DNA of 61,466 nt, filler included, from Sphacelaria rigidula (taxonomy: Eukaryota), in NCBI GenBank assembly GCA_964200075.2. It is 7 parts of 7 records of this genome, joined end to end, with 100 filler letters (N's around TTAATTAATTAA, not from the genome) between each part and the next. Parts side by side here need not be neighbours in the genome. Positions count along the whole stretch, not along the records: positions 43,977 to 52,671 come from CAXNAA020010355.1; positions 52,772 to 61,466 come from CAXNAA020010356.1; 5 more parts are not named here. One strand, given 5' to 3'. The translations under genes and the position numbers were made by a program. Of the stretch, positions 48,227 to 61,466 are shown piece after piece. The notes beneath the pieces are model-generated. The model saw only the letters and a program-made list of their open reading frames with translations. It searched no databases and was not told the DNA's origin. Position 1 is the first letter of the stretch. Each line of letters starts with the position of its first letter.

Positions 48227-51057
48227 AAGTATTTGACAATCAGAAGACACGAAATCAATCATGATACCGCTTCACATCGAACACCTTCAGCGTATTTTGA
48301 TGTGTGAGTCCTTACTTGATTTTAGAATGCAATTTTTCGCTGATACCTCTTCGCTTGCATTTCTGTGGACATAAGAATGCGTCTTACGCCTGCTTGGGTC
48401 TGAGTACAGTTGCCTTCTGAACTGTGTTTTCATGGTGTCTAGGCGTTATGACGATGCGATGTGTTCCGTTTGATGCATCACAGGTGGAAACCCTAATCTT
48501 GGATTTCAAACGGAAGAACTGTTTTCTTTGTGGTCGATTCTTATGCGAAACACTTCGCGTCACTAATCAACCAATCCGAGTAATGAACGTGCGGTTTTTC
48601 ACAGCCTCCAATGTTGGTGTCATGAAGACGCATATTAATCTGTTGATGCCGCTTCAGACCCGTTGTCCATTCTAGCCATGGCGTTCCGGACACCACAGGT
48701 CTGTTCAGAGTTGGTCGGATACGGATGTGAACCTCTATAATCACAGGGATGATACGGGCTTTGTTCGCTGTAGCCACGAACAAACACCCCTGACGAGCAG
48801 TACCAACTGCTCCCATCTGCTAGCCAGCAAAAGGAAGTCTAACCATCGGTAAGAGATATTGGCTGGTCTGGGTTGGATTGATTGAGCGGTATCGGCGTTA
48901 GAATCATGATAATTAAGAGAGGACTCCAAGAACCTATTTGCGTGAACCTCGGCTAACATCTGGATATTGAGCGGGTTATACGGCTTCTACACGTTGTAAC
49001 AGTCTGACGATTGTACACTTGCCTGCCAAGCTTGTGCCTTGGGTTGCAAACTGTGTCCTTGCATTATACAGCCGCTTGCTCTTTATTACATTGGTTGGTT
49101 GGTGACGCGAACTGTTTCGCATAAGAATCGACTACAAAGAAAACGGTTCTTCCGTTTGAAATCCTGACTCTGTATCTGAAATTACATTCTGAATCTCACG
49201 AATATAGTGTTTGAGGCCCTCGATACCCCTGAATAGGGTATCAACGTGCAGCTGTAAGCACATGGCAGTGATGAGACGACGAAAGGCACACACGGAACGA
49301 AAAATTGGCCAAATTAAAGCGAATGATCAAAGCCGCTCTGAATCTGCACCCAACTCTCAATCTCACGAAAACCTTTTTTTTTGTGGAACCGGCGATCTTG
49401 TTGAGTGCCGGAACGCAAAGCGCGTAATCATCGCCACTTTTCGTGCGTCCCATACAACTCATCCTTTTTCATTGACTTCTTAACATGTTTATGCACCGTC
49501 ACGCATAGCTCAGGTGATGAGCAGCTACGGCTAGACCAGTGTGATTTTCTTTTTGCGGGGCCAGTGAGTTCTCGAGGTTCATCTTTGATGGAGTTGGGTT
49601 GTTGCCTATATTCTTCTTCCTCGGACTACAAACAGTAAAAGCGATATTCATTATGGAATCGGCATCATTTTCGAAATTCAATCGTCACGAACATGCTCAA
49701 CTAGTTAGCAGCTACGGCCTCTTTCCCAAACAATGACCTTTGCTATGACGCAACGCACACAGTTATCACCGGTGCCCATGTATCTTGGCTAGTGATCCAC
49801 TGATCGTGGCTGCCGCCGAAATTCTTGTATATATACAAGTTGATCGAACAAGGCAAGACTATTTGTAGCAGTGTATTGCTGGACTTTCATATAGGAATAT
49901 GAGTCACTCCAAGCACGATATGGTGCTGTACTGGACCGTACCATACCGAGCAGGACAGTATTATACCGTGCAGAAAAGTGCAGTGCCTTACTGCAGAGTA
50001 CGTGGCATATATCCGACAATTTGGATGCCTGTAAGTTTGAATATATATGGGGTGTTATAATAGCGCCAGCCGCGGTAGACGCGTTATCGCATATGCCAAC
50101 AGATGTACAGTCAGTGGGATATGAAAGGGGAGCGGGTGAAGTGCAGGACATACAACGCAGGACTACTCTGCTCACAGTGCGACGTGAAATGAATTCGAAC
50201 GACGCGTAGCGGTGAACTGCCTGCAATGTCCATGAGCGTGCAAGCAAGCCCGTTGCCCACCCTATACCATGCGCAGTTCCGTCGCCGCGATCCCCACCAT
50301 ACAACAAGATGCTCAAGTTTTTAACCAACGAGAAATACAGCATACCCCACTACGGCAGTGTGTATATATATCCCTGAGCCTAACTCGTGCTTTTTGCTAC
50401 AATGTTGGGGTGGTCGCTGGGAATAAGTGTTGTGGCGTTTGCATGGTTCGATCTGTGAACGACGGTGGATGATATATATATATATATATCTGTCGTGATT
50501 GTATATACTGCAAGATCGCTGCGGTCCCAATTGTGCCCTGGAGACAGTTAGGTCACAAGCATCGTCCAGAAGTTTGATGTAGTGCGAACTCCAGAGGTAA
50601 ATTTACACACTGAAGAGTATTGTTTCCCCAAATTCCCGCAGGAGCACCCTCAGTGATATTTTGTGCGCCAGAGGATGTTGTGCCCTCTGGTGGTTATGTT
50701 TACTGTCCACTCCGGAGGCATCATGATCCACCAGATGATATTTCATCCTCCGGAGGGCCATTTGGCCCACTAGAGGAAAAAAAACACGATGGTGCGATTT
50801 CAAGTAGGAGCCGACTGGCGGCATGTGCTCTGCATGTGTTGGCCTTCTTCCTATATGACCCCGGCTGAATCGTCTCGCCACACGTTCTCGATGGAAAACT
50901 ATTTTGACATTACCTACGACACGGTCTGATTCCACAGTGAAGTAGGCGATTAGCGGTCAGCTAAATGCGTACGTCACTACTTTTCAGGGGGCAGGTTTAG
51001 TGAATAATGATGTGTATACCATCATTGTGCTGACTGTCCAGGTGCGGAAACACGAGG

Positions 51058-51419
51058 ATGATGATGTTACTACGACCAGCCGTGTTTCTGGCCCTAGCGC
51101 CGATATTGCCGGCTGTAATACACGACGGCGACGACAGCGAAGGACCATCTTTGGGCGTTTCACCCCCAGACATCACCGACGGGGCCGGGGTGGCCCTCAG
51201 CGTGTTCGTGTACGACGAACCCGCATTCGATAACAGCGATTTGATAGAATGCTATCAACAGGAGCATAAAGGTATGTCCCCGTGGCAGGACGAGAGGACA
51301 GACACGGCGCAGGATATGGCGGAAGTTTGGATGCACAGAGCGCTTCTACAACATCCCTGGAGAGTTTTGGATCCTGCGAAGGCGGATTTGTTCTACGTGC
51401 CAATCTATCCTGTTCTTAG
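51058..51419 (+). CDS. Exostosin-like glycosyltransferase family 47, N-terminal coding exon (partial gene)
   Basis: Hydrophobic N-terminus MMMLLRPAVFLALAPILPA. GT47 motifs SVFVYD and EVWMHRALLQHPWRVLDPAKADLFYVP. Acceptor gctgac..ccag|51042, donor 51419|gtacag. Further exons not found before the contig end. Confidence 0.88.
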
Positions 51420-52671
51420 GTACAGTGGAATTCGTGAAGCGGCACATGTATACTGTGTATTCAGTACAGACAGTGTACAGTACTGTCTCACTATCTGTAC
51501 AGCTAGGGATGCACATGGGGCCCTAAAAGTGAGGACGCTGTTCGACGAGACCATTCCGACCAGAGACAACTGATATATTGCTGTTGTATCCCCTTGAATA
51601 CTCCGCCTGGGTACACATGATTCAAGAGCCCACCCTTTTCACGGATAAGTCGGGCGTTTAGGCCAAGCCGCCCTTGTTCAGATGTTATACACTGTTGACA
51701 CGCAACAAGCTGCAGTGACATTTTTCTACTGCTTCCACAGCGTACCCCTGACCTTTCGACAGCGGGCCTTCCCTCGGAACAGTTTTACAGGCTGATCATC
51801 TCAGAGATCCGTGGGTTTCCCGGGGGCGGGTGGGGTTATTTTTGGGGTGGAAGAGTGACTGTCCGCAGAGCAGCCAAAAAGCTCACGAAGTCAATCAAAT
51901 TTGCCTGTTAGTTTCCCGCGGAATGTATCCATTATGACCAATCATGGCTGTCGAAACGTTCACTCTGCTCCCCTCCAGGTGGACTTCAGTTGACAATACT
52001 TCGCTGTCTCGCAGTATTTCCCGTTTTAATCAGGATGGCTCAATAATAGATGACATAGACACGAATTACTTGCTTTTCACACTACTCGTGGTCTATGCCT
52101 CCTTCCTCACCCCTCATGTCTTGCCACCATAGTTTCATAGTCAAACGTTTCGACTTCTGTTTGCATCTGAGTGTCAGAGTGGATGAGGGAAAGTTCGGTA
52201 ACAGTACACACTCCACTATAAAAACCATTCAGAGTCAACCTTTAAGAGAGGGTCCGGTTTGGAGCACTCCACGCTGAAAATCTTTGTGTCTCTTCAAACC
52301 CCATGGCGGAACGAAAAAGAACCACCCCCAACCGCCACCACCGTCACAGCCAGTTCACAATCAATACACCCTGGTGAGTAAAATGGGTCATCCATCACAA
52401 ATGCCATGCTTACCAGAATGGACCATTCACGATGTAGCAAGGCTTGGCATTGTTTGCAGCTTCGTAGCCTCCGTGAGAGGATAGTGGGATGCAGATAAGA
52501 CTGCGATAGTCGATCAGTGAACACGACTGCGATACCGTACCGGCCCGCTTGTAGGAAACTGAAAAATCGGCCTGAGGCTGGGTTTCTTTTCCTGGGAGCA
52601 TGAGCATCATTTTCTTAAATGCTCCTTTCTTATTTTCCTGGGAAAATGAGCATGATGTTCTTGAAAGCGAA

Positions 52672-52771
52672 NNNNNNNNNNNNNNNNNNNNNNNNNNNNN
52701 NNNNNNNNNNNNNNNTTAATTAATTAANNNNNNNNNNNNNNNNNNNNNNNNNNNNNNNNNNNNNNNNNNNN
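52672..52771. other. Artificial contig spacer
   Basis: 44N-TTAATTAATTAA-44N. Confidence 0.99.
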
Positions 52772-52856
52772 TTCCCTGCGGTGCTTCCCTTATTTTTCTT
52801 TTATCGACAGAGGGGTTCAGCACTCCCTTTCCCTCGTCGACCGTGAGGTCGAATTT
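52772..52856 (-). mobile_element. SINE body fragment
   Basis: ctgcggtgctt...gaggggttcagca...ccctcgtcgaccgt...gtcgaattt matches 37115-37195. Confidence 0.8.
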
Positions 52857-54839
52857 AATCGGAACAGATTATGCCAGCACGGGAAAAGAAAACAGCACTG
52901 TGACTTGTTGGCTACTTTCTTGAGCGACACCACCTTCACGAGATTCTCATTTGTCGCTTTTATCTGTGTTGCTGTGCAGTATGCCGACCTCTTCGGACGC
53001 GGGCACTGCCCAAGCGGGCACCAGGTGATCATCCTTGAATCATCTACAACTGGTTGACACCATGGGAGTACTGTCGGAACATTTTTATGATGGTGGAATT
53101 ATACTGTCAACTCAGCAGTAGTGTATATCTCTGGTGTCACTCAGCGACACGTACCACTCGTGATACACTTCCCTTGATCGACAAACAGAACGCCCTCGGG
53201 TTCACGTCTCGAGTACCCAACCCTCCCTAGCATTGCGGCCTCGCTACAGTAACGCCTACCCGAAAGTCATTTTTCAGAAGTCACCTTGACCAAGAGTCAT
53301 CATACAACGGCCAAGTTCTCTTCCCTGCGGCCGCTACGACAACTGATATGCCCGAACTCCTCGGTTTTGGGCTGCTCGGGTTAAGGCCAGCATCGTGGTG
53401 AAGGTACAGTTTAATTTCGTGTTTTGGTGAAGAAACAGGGAGAAACCGGTTTGTGGACACCATTTATCGATTTTCCTCATTCTCGACCACCCCTGACGGG
53501 GGGGGGTATAAACCGTTTTTCCAGTCCGTGAGGCCCCTTGTCGTTTCCATAAACAAATGAGGAGGGAGGGGTCCTAGAATTCCTGCCCCCCAACTGCGCT
53601 AGGGCCGAAAAACCGTGTTTTCCGGACCAGTGGCAGTCGAGAACACTCTCCCTGATTCACAACGTACTTACTCCGTGTGAAGCCGACCACCATAATGAAC
53701 GGTTGTGTTACGGGCACCACCTGTGCCTCTCCGCAATATGCATCAACGCTAGTACTTCCGATCGCCAGGTTCAGACAGTTCACGAGAATACACAAAAGAG
53801 CACTCGAAAACGGAAAGAGCGTCATCACTAGCATATCGTGGAAAATGCGGTTGAACGAGAGGAAAATGGGGTCCTTCTCTCAAACAGCCATGATAAATCA
53901 CTCCTATATCGACGACCTCATCCCTCCCGATCCTTTGAACAGTTGCGGAGGGTCTCAAGTCTTCGGTTCCCTTCAGAAATGTGTGCGCAAGCACACTTCC
54001 GCCTCGATTTCGGGGTGAAACAAAGGGCGCCTTTTGACGCAATGAAAGTCGTCCGTCATGACTTCAGGTCATTGAGAACATCACCGTTTTGGAGTCGAAC
54101 CACATCATGTATGTTCAACCTTATTTCTCAGAATTTGTTCTTGGTCAGGCTATCATGTGTTCAATCTCCTCCTGCCAATCTTCTTGTGTAGTGGCCGAGC
54201 TTTGCACAGCACACGCGGAGGTGAGAATCAATTCTCATCACTCTCATGATTGGTTCCACGGGTCCTGGTTGTTTGTTTTGTATCCAGTTGTTGCGCTAGA
54301 GCCGGAGTAAAAAATGTTCTTTGTCAAAAACGATCAACAACACTAACTTCCTGTCAATTCAGCTCGGAGGTCGTCGATACCGGGCGCAGGGATGATTTTC
54401 GATACGAGAGGTGGAGTTGTGTGAAGTGGACGCCTAGATTCTCCCGACGCCATAACGTGGGAATTGAACGCTCGCTACGATGAGCGGTGGCACGCAAAAC
54501 AAAATTCGAGTCTCAGACAACGACAAAATTGCAAAAGTCTCCGATTTTGTGTCCGTGTAAAAAGTACAGTACTTGGAGAGTTGCAAGAAATGTTCTCCTT
54601 CATACATGGTATGCTTGTACGTGTGGCTGTCCCTCGAGAGGCCGCAAGATGGAACGTTGCGATTCTTAGTTCTTCAGTTCTTTGGGTGGGGGTATTCGGG
54701 GCCTAGAGTCTCGCCCGTGGTCGGACCCTGTACTTATTTCTGCTAGTCACGCGTCGAGTTGGAAGACCGAGTGCCACCCCCCGAAGCCCGAATGGCCACC
54801 TGCGGCACCAGATCTTCCGAGGTTAGCAACATATACTCC

Positions 54840-55010
54840 TTTTTTTCAGTGTCAATTCCTGTTCTGCTTGTATCGCGTTTTGTGAGTTTTGAATCGGGGT
54901 CTATTTGGGTTATTTCTTCTTTTTGCTAGCCTGTGACCACGGAAGGCGTCCGCATCAGCTGCTCAGTACGAATGTACCGCGCAGATATCGGAACGGTTTT
55001 TAATGTGAAG

Positions 55011-55059
<49 letters not shown>

Positions 55060-55060
55060 C
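54840..55060 (+). mobile_element. 3' end of a non-LTR retroelement with (CAA)n tail
   Basis: T-rich UTR, then ttaatgtgaagac and a 50-nt ACA repeat (55011-55060). Same terminal motif at ~40120. 5' limit approximate. Confidence 0.65.
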
Positions 55061-55502
55061 TACTTCACCGAGTCGAACGAGTCGAAGTGTAGAGTTCAAG
55101 CTTCGAAAATTCATAGTGCACGTTCAAAAGTTAATAGCGGAAGCTGATGTGACGTGGCTTGACGTGATTCTTGTTCTTGTCGCGGTGATTGACCGCAGGT
55201 TGCCCCGCCAAATGTACGGTCTTTCAGTGTCCACTCCGAAAGTGCACAGGCCGCCACACCACTACTGACTGCATCGTACCCTGTGGCACCATACGCACCA
55301 TTCACGACGTTATTTCACTGCACCTGCAGTACTCCAATCCACTACGGCACACTACGGGACACTGTTGTAGTGCTGTAGTGCTGTTGTTCTGTGTAGCGAG
55401 GAGTACAATGCAGTACAGAGAGTGCAATGCAGAACCCTACAACAGTGCATCGCTATGCTGTGCACTCTTGTACTGTACAGCGGAACGGTACAGAGAGTCA
55501 TG

Positions 55503-55933
55503 ACACGGGATCTCGCAGATTGGGGATGGATCTTCTATTGGGGATGAGAAACCCGGAGAATTGAAAATCTTCGTCTACACACCAAATCTTCGAAATATGG
55601 TTCCATTTCTTCACGTACTGATAGCTCGTGACAACTGCTACACGTCAAAGAAATTTGGATTCCGATCACCGAAATGTTCAGGTCCTGGGTTGAAGAAACA
55701 ATTTCGGGAAATTCCGGGTGTCCGAACGGACGCCAAAATGATATCAAAATTGTTCTTTGACCTAGGACCCCAATATTTCGGTGATCGAAATCCAAATATC
55801 CACGGAGTATAGCAGTCAATAGCTCAGCAGGTGAAAAAATGAAACCATACTCGAGTGTGTATGCGAATATTCGATTTCTCCGGGTTCCTCATCCCCAATA
55901 AAAGATCCATCCCCAGTTTGTAAGATCCCGTAT
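55503..55933. mobile_element. Foldback MITE, second copy of the 6877-7323 family
   Basis: acacgggatctcgcagattgggg...ccccagtttgtaagatcccgtat. Co-linear with 6877-7323, right arm more decayed, TSD not preserved. Confidence 0.88.
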
Positions 55934-58900
55934 TTCATCACTTGTTTGAGCAGTACAGACAGTACGGTACGCAGCACTTTCAAACAGTAGACCTGGGCCG
56001 CATTGCGATGATTTTCCCACATGCCACCCATAACTGGTGAAGCGTTATGATCTCTCACGGGATGGGAATACGGCCAGGTGGAGTACTGCTTGTGCGCTGT
56101 AGACTACGGATCGTTTTCGCCGTCTCCTCCCAGCTGAAGCTGGCAGGAACGAGGAACTGCACCCAACGCAACGTGTGCATGTCGAGCATTTGGATTTTCA
56201 CGCAACACAACCAAGCGGATTGCTGGTTCCATGGCGCCAGGGAGGTCTCCTGGATGCGATGCCAAGCTTCTCCACTCCGTGAATGGCTCATTGTGATACG
56301 TATGGCAGTTTTGATGGATGATTAATGCCCCTCCTTGCTTATTACGGGGTATTGACTCTGGGCTGGACGTGACCATGGTGGTGGAGGTGGGCGTGGTTCT
56401 AATTCATTCCGCTATGAACTCCGAGGAGGAACAACGGTTTTCAGAGTAACGTGGTGCAAACGGGACCCTGGCTCTGCAACAATTCGCTCTGAAAAAATAT
56501 TCCATGGAGAAAAGTGCACCGGTACCGGCTATTTTCCCTTCCACTCTGACTCCAAGATTAGAAAAACGTCTCCATTGTGGAAAATGGTTGGCGCAGGCTC
56601 CGAGTAGCGCTCCCGTAAACCCATCAGATTCAAACCCTCTCCACCGCATTTTCTCGACGGAAAAGCATATCCCACGACACGCCCCGTGAACAAACCACAG
56701 TGTCCGCTCCCTTCACCAAAACCTTCCGGGGAGATGGAAAAACATATATGTAAAAGAAGACGTGAAATACTGTCTTGTCCCCATGAACATTTTTTCTTCG
56801 TTGTCATCGTGATTCTCGACTGCGAGGTTGAAGATTCAAGTCTCGATGACGAGGGTAGCACGGGCGACTCGGTCCATGCAGTGGTATCTCCTCATCATAT
56901 TATATTATATTGACTGTAGTATCGGATCTCACGACACCCCGTCTTTAGATAGACGACGGTTTCGTTCAAGGTGGAGGTATGTCGATCGTTTCCCCGTGCT
57001 TCATGGCATGTTTGCCTCAAACGTCGTCACCACCCCCTGTATAAAGTGAGCATCATAGAGTAGATCCCATTTACGTATGGTGTAGGAACGTGTACGTCTC
57101 CCCCTCAAGAGATCATCGAGAAGGTCTGATCATGGCCCCAATCTTCCTTCAACAGGCAGCTGTATGAGATGGAAGTTGTACGATCAAATCAGATTCGAGC
57201 CCGGAACAGTGCTTCCCCCGTAGTTACAGCGATGCTGCTCAATGACCCTTTCGTCGGCCTAATCGGCCTAACGCCCCTCGATCGTTTAGATGCTTTTCCA
57301 GCGCAATTCCACGACTCTGTGAGCTTGAAGCGCTGACCGAACCCGTCATCTTCGCTGATTTCTAGGGAGGGGACGGTGATATCAGGGGAAACGGCTGTTC
57401 CTGTCGGCGCTGTCAGCTCACCGAGTCCGTCAAAAGCGCTCAAAAAGTATCCACGCGATCGAGGAGCATTAGGCCGACATAACAGCCTGTGGGCACCATC
57501 GCTGAACGAGTGGACGAAGCACTGTTGTTTCGGGCTTGAAACATCGTGCAACCTCGATGATACATGGCTACGAGAGCGCAAAGCCTTTCTTTCGCTGGCC
57601 CAACTGATAGCACGCAGCAGACATGTACCACAGGGAACACACGGGCCAGCTGCCCGCAGGGTTTGTTCTTTCCGCCGATTCGTCCGAAAACCTGGCGCCG
57701 GATTCTCCTCACGGCGCTACCGACGCTAGATTTCCGGACAAATCAGGGGGAAATATCGGCTCTCTGCCGAGGATAAAGTTGGGAATACCTTGGAGAGTCC
57801 GGGAAAACATCCGATTACGCCCACTATTCATGACGAGACACTTGTAGTTTCGATGATGCCTGGGTTTGGTGGTACTGCAGCGAAGTGCCGGATGCCCCTC
57901 TCGTGCTTGCGAGCGCAACGGCGTATGCACGGGACAGCTCTCCGGAAAGCTGCGGTGCACTCGGAATTTTTTAAACTTCGCCACAAATGAGGATTGGGAG
58001 ATACAAATCAAACTGCTTTTTTTTCGGGCAAGTCTGAACACAGATTTCTCAAAAGCCCCAGCGTCTCTTGAGATTCCCAAAAAAAGGTCGATGTTGAAGA
58101 GCCGAGAACACTCCTCACTTTTGTTACATTTAGAGGATAGCGACCTTCCCGAGTGTTTAGAGACTACGAATCACCCTCTGCGAGCGCCGACAAAAATCCA
58201 TTCCGTCGCGTCATCTGGACATGGTATCACGTTTTCTCGCGACTCACTGCTAGTGACGTAGCGAGATTACAGTCGCCCCCACGAGAACTTATCCACCACC
58301 AGGGTTTGGCGGTATCGGGGCGTCACCGGATAAGGCCTCTCGGTCCGGTCGCGTTACGCCTACCCTTGTTACGGTTGGGTATCGCTCCCTTACCATATCC
58401 GTGCCCATGTCTTCGGTGTCTCTGTTTCCTGATTAGTTCACATGAAAAGTATACCTAAAGCAGATACCACAAATCCATGCATGACGCTTGGAAGGTCGCA
58501 GCGGACTTCCAAGTGGTAGCGCTTACACTGGTCACGTAAGTCGGGGTCGCTGCTCGCCGGAGTAAGGGGCCGGGTGAAGGGGGGCATAGGAAGGGGGGGG
58601 GGGGGGGGGGGGCAATCTGCTGAAGCACAAACAAGGCTGTCCACCTTTACTAGGGAGGGGATTGAAAGCGTCGGCGGGCCAGCTCTATCTGGCATCGATT
58701 GTTCAATCCACAACAGCTCAAAATAGTGATAACAGGCAGTTCTTCGAAGGACCGGCACACTACAGGAACACGCACACGAACCCCAGTTTTGAGGGCGAGA
58801 TCACGGAGCGTTGTTGTTCTTGTCTCGTGACATAGACCCTATCCACTCACCGTTACTTGTGTCAGGTCAGATCACCTTGACGTGCTCGAGGTGGTGTGCA

Positions 58901-59540
58901 GTGTCAAGGGAGAAAGTGAGGTGAGCAGGCGCTGCGTGGGCGGTGGGTGCACAAGTAGGCAACAGGTGGTGGGAGAGAGCGTCCGTAAAGTCCTAGATGA
59001 AGATTCAGATATGCGAAACTTTGCTTGACATGGTGAGCAGGGTGGCGGCAATATGCACTACTCGGACAAACGCCTGCCTATCGTCGGTCGTCGGGTTCCC
59101 GCCGCCTGTGATTTGGACTGAGGGCTTGTCTCCAAGCAAAACATTTTTCGATCGAAAACGTGCAGTCGAGGAGCAGAATTGCGACCTGGTGGGTCATTGA
59201 CTATCTATATTCACGCCGTGTTTGTTGGAATGGAGACCTGCGACTGTATCTGATCGTACCTTTGCTTTTTCCACCGCACGTAATTCGATAGAAAAATGAT
59301 TTGCAAAGACACTCCCTGCTGGCCCGGTGAACATACACAGTCCGGGCATATAGAACGGTGAGGAGGTTTCCAGATGAGTTCGCTCGGAAGAACCACCGTT
59401 GCTGTTCTAGAGACGGGGCCTCGAGTAGACATGTTCGTACGTATGTAATAATGCTCTTATGTTCACCACGGTGAGGCAGCTTGGTCCAGCTCTTCGATTT
59501 CTTGGTCACAGTTACTTGATCACCCAGAGCTACACGCGGC

Positions 59541-59640
59541 AGTTGATTGATTGATTCGTTTATTATCTCACATTAGCTGATTGCAACAGCAGTACGGTGA
59601 CGTTAGGTTGTAACTCGTTAGGGTAGAAAAGTCTGTTTGC
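59541..59640 (-). mobile_element. Probable LINE 3' tail fragment
   Basis: Minus strand aataaacgaatcaatcaatcaac, the same CAAT tail type as the RTE at 21451. Extent uncertain. Confidence 0.4.
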
Positions 59641-60534
59641 CCAACACATGATGAAATTTATTCAATGCCGCGTGACTCGGCGGTTCGATACCCCCCCCCC
59701 CCCCGAGAAGACCGAAGAATACAAAAGTGCGTATTTGTGCGAACAGATGATGAAAATTCGCCTGGTAGTTTCCAGAATCTGTTGGCGCCAACGTGCTCCC
59801 TTTTTGTCCGAAGGAGGGCATGATCGTGAAAACCGCACGGGCGCATAAATAACGCGAAGAAGGCATGAAAAACATTCCTACAACCCATGAAGCTGAGAAC
59901 CCCACAATATATACCTCTGCGGACGAAAAACATATACAGTGATTGAATAACTGGAGCCGCAGCTACTGATCAGCTGAGCACGTTGCGCTTTCTTTGCTCT
60001 CGTGAACGTGGTTCGTAATTCAACGAGAAACGATGGTTTACGTCAGACGGGTGGTTGACCGTCTTTTCGGATCTTTTGATCGATTGCTGTTGGTAATAGG
60101 CTGATCATTGTGCAGGTACGACCGTACCACTGTGGGGAGTCCACTGAGTTGGTTCAGAACCAAAACAAAGATGAACTGTGTAACGACTACTTTCATAGTA
60201 CAGTACACCGCATCGTGGCAGGCTTCCTGCATTCGCGAGTGCGACTCCGCCCATGTTGTTCTGCTCGGTATGTTGTGCACACGCACAAAATGCCATGCAT
60301 ACTCATCAGGTTTTTCACCGCGACCATAAAGCAGTTTGAAAACACTACTCAGGTCGTACATGATTTGAGACGTGAGATACCACCCTGGTAACGGTCAGCG
60401 AATTAGGAATGTGCAACGAAATGAAATGGTAAAATTCTCCGGAGGGGGCTCCCGTGTGTTGGCAGTCGCACCCTAGATGGTAATGCCCAGACGCATTCTG
60501 AAGCATATGCCCGCAAGGTCGATTGACTAGAAAT

Positions 60535-61300
60535 GTACAGTACAGTACCACTACAACAGCCGTACACAAGCACCAATTTCCTTCACACCAGCCCTTTTGT
60601 TCAGACCCGTGGCCGAACGCCAAATTCGCGGGCAGCGAAGGAAGTCGCCTCACTTTTGTGGTGCTGACGCACAGGCGGGCTGTGGACGGTCAAGTCATTG
60701 ACCCATCGCGCGTACTGGCAAAAAAACGTGAAGAAAAGGGCTTCCTCAACGTATTTTCGTCACTACCTACCCAAAGGAAGATCGCGGTATATTTCAGTAT
60801 CCTGGCGTACAAACCAGTACCGCACACTCACAGCAGGATTTTTGTTCCAATCTGAAGGTTGCAAAACCAGGAGGCACTTGCTCGCACGATCAAACTTACG
60901 GCCCATTAGTACTGTACGGCACAGTGCACTGCAGTACCGTATCGCTGCAGACAGCCAGTCATGAGTATACACGAGCATGTGTTTTCTTCACACCAACCGT
61001 TTTGTTCAGACCCGCGGCCGAACGGTTCATCGAAACGTCGTCGGTTTTGGGCTTTAAAGAAAGCGAAAACTCGATATTTTTTAGCTGCTCACCTACAGGT
61101 GGGGCGTGGGCGGTTAAGGTATTGCTCTATTGTGAGTGCCGTTCAGGAAACGGGGGGGAAAACATTTACTCGAGGTACTTCCCCATTATCGAGAGGCGGG
61201 GGTGGGCTGGGTACCGGCCTGAGGAAGTTGATGGAGCCCCTTTCCTTGAATGTGCTGATTTGGTACATCAATCGCACAATAACCCATCCGCTACGAACCC
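60535..61300. repeat. Degenerate ~400-bp tandem duplication
   Basis: Core cttcacacca.cc.ttttgttcagacccg.ggccgaacg at 60581-60619 and 60986-61024, with weaker co-linear matches on both sides. Confidence 0.6.
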
Positions 61301-61466
61301 AGTTGTGGTCACAAGACGACCGCAAAAATCCGGATAAAAAATCAAAACCCAGAGGAAAGAAAGTTTAAACCATCGAATACAGAAAAGGAGCAAACAGCCG
61401 ATTTTCGAAAATGGGGTTGAAAAACAAAATGAGGTTCAACTCAAAAGCCGTGCTTTCCCTGACCTA

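Noticed and set aside
54926-55268. Poly-Thr and poly-Val ORFs
   Set aside because: Translations of the (CAA)n retroelement tail.

Overview
Eukaryotic, transposon-rich DNA, most likely from a brown alga or related stramenopile (inferred from element types and intron style; not proven). The window is not one locus. It is seven unlinked contigs (8696 bp, then six of 8695 bp) joined by 100-nt artificial spacers (44N-TTAATTAATTAA-44N), so adjacency across spacers means nothing. Contents: (1) a full-length decayed Ty1/Copia element with a non-canonical PBS; (2) a full-length chromodomain Ty3/Gypsy element with TG...TA LTRs and a 4-bp TSD; (3) part of a second Gypsy with a very long gag region, interrupted by an RTE LINE; (4) a spliced, pseudogenised, highly divergent USP/C19-like cysteine protease gene back-to-back with a spliced Mutator-like transposase remnant, the most unusual signal here; (5) a full-length tRNA-derived SINE, an array of foldback elements with an abutted TIR-TIR junction, and a 2.9-kb element with 51-bp perfect TIRs; (6) a non-autonomous hAT, a repeat-rich TIR element and one exon of an exostosin/GT47 glycosyltransferase, the only clear host gene; (7) LINE tails, a foldback MITE and unidentified decayed sequence. 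Five copies of a ~256-bp GAG...CTC, 4-bp-TSD (Sola2-like) MITE lie in or next to other TEs. No rRNA, intact tRNA or CRISPR array was seen.
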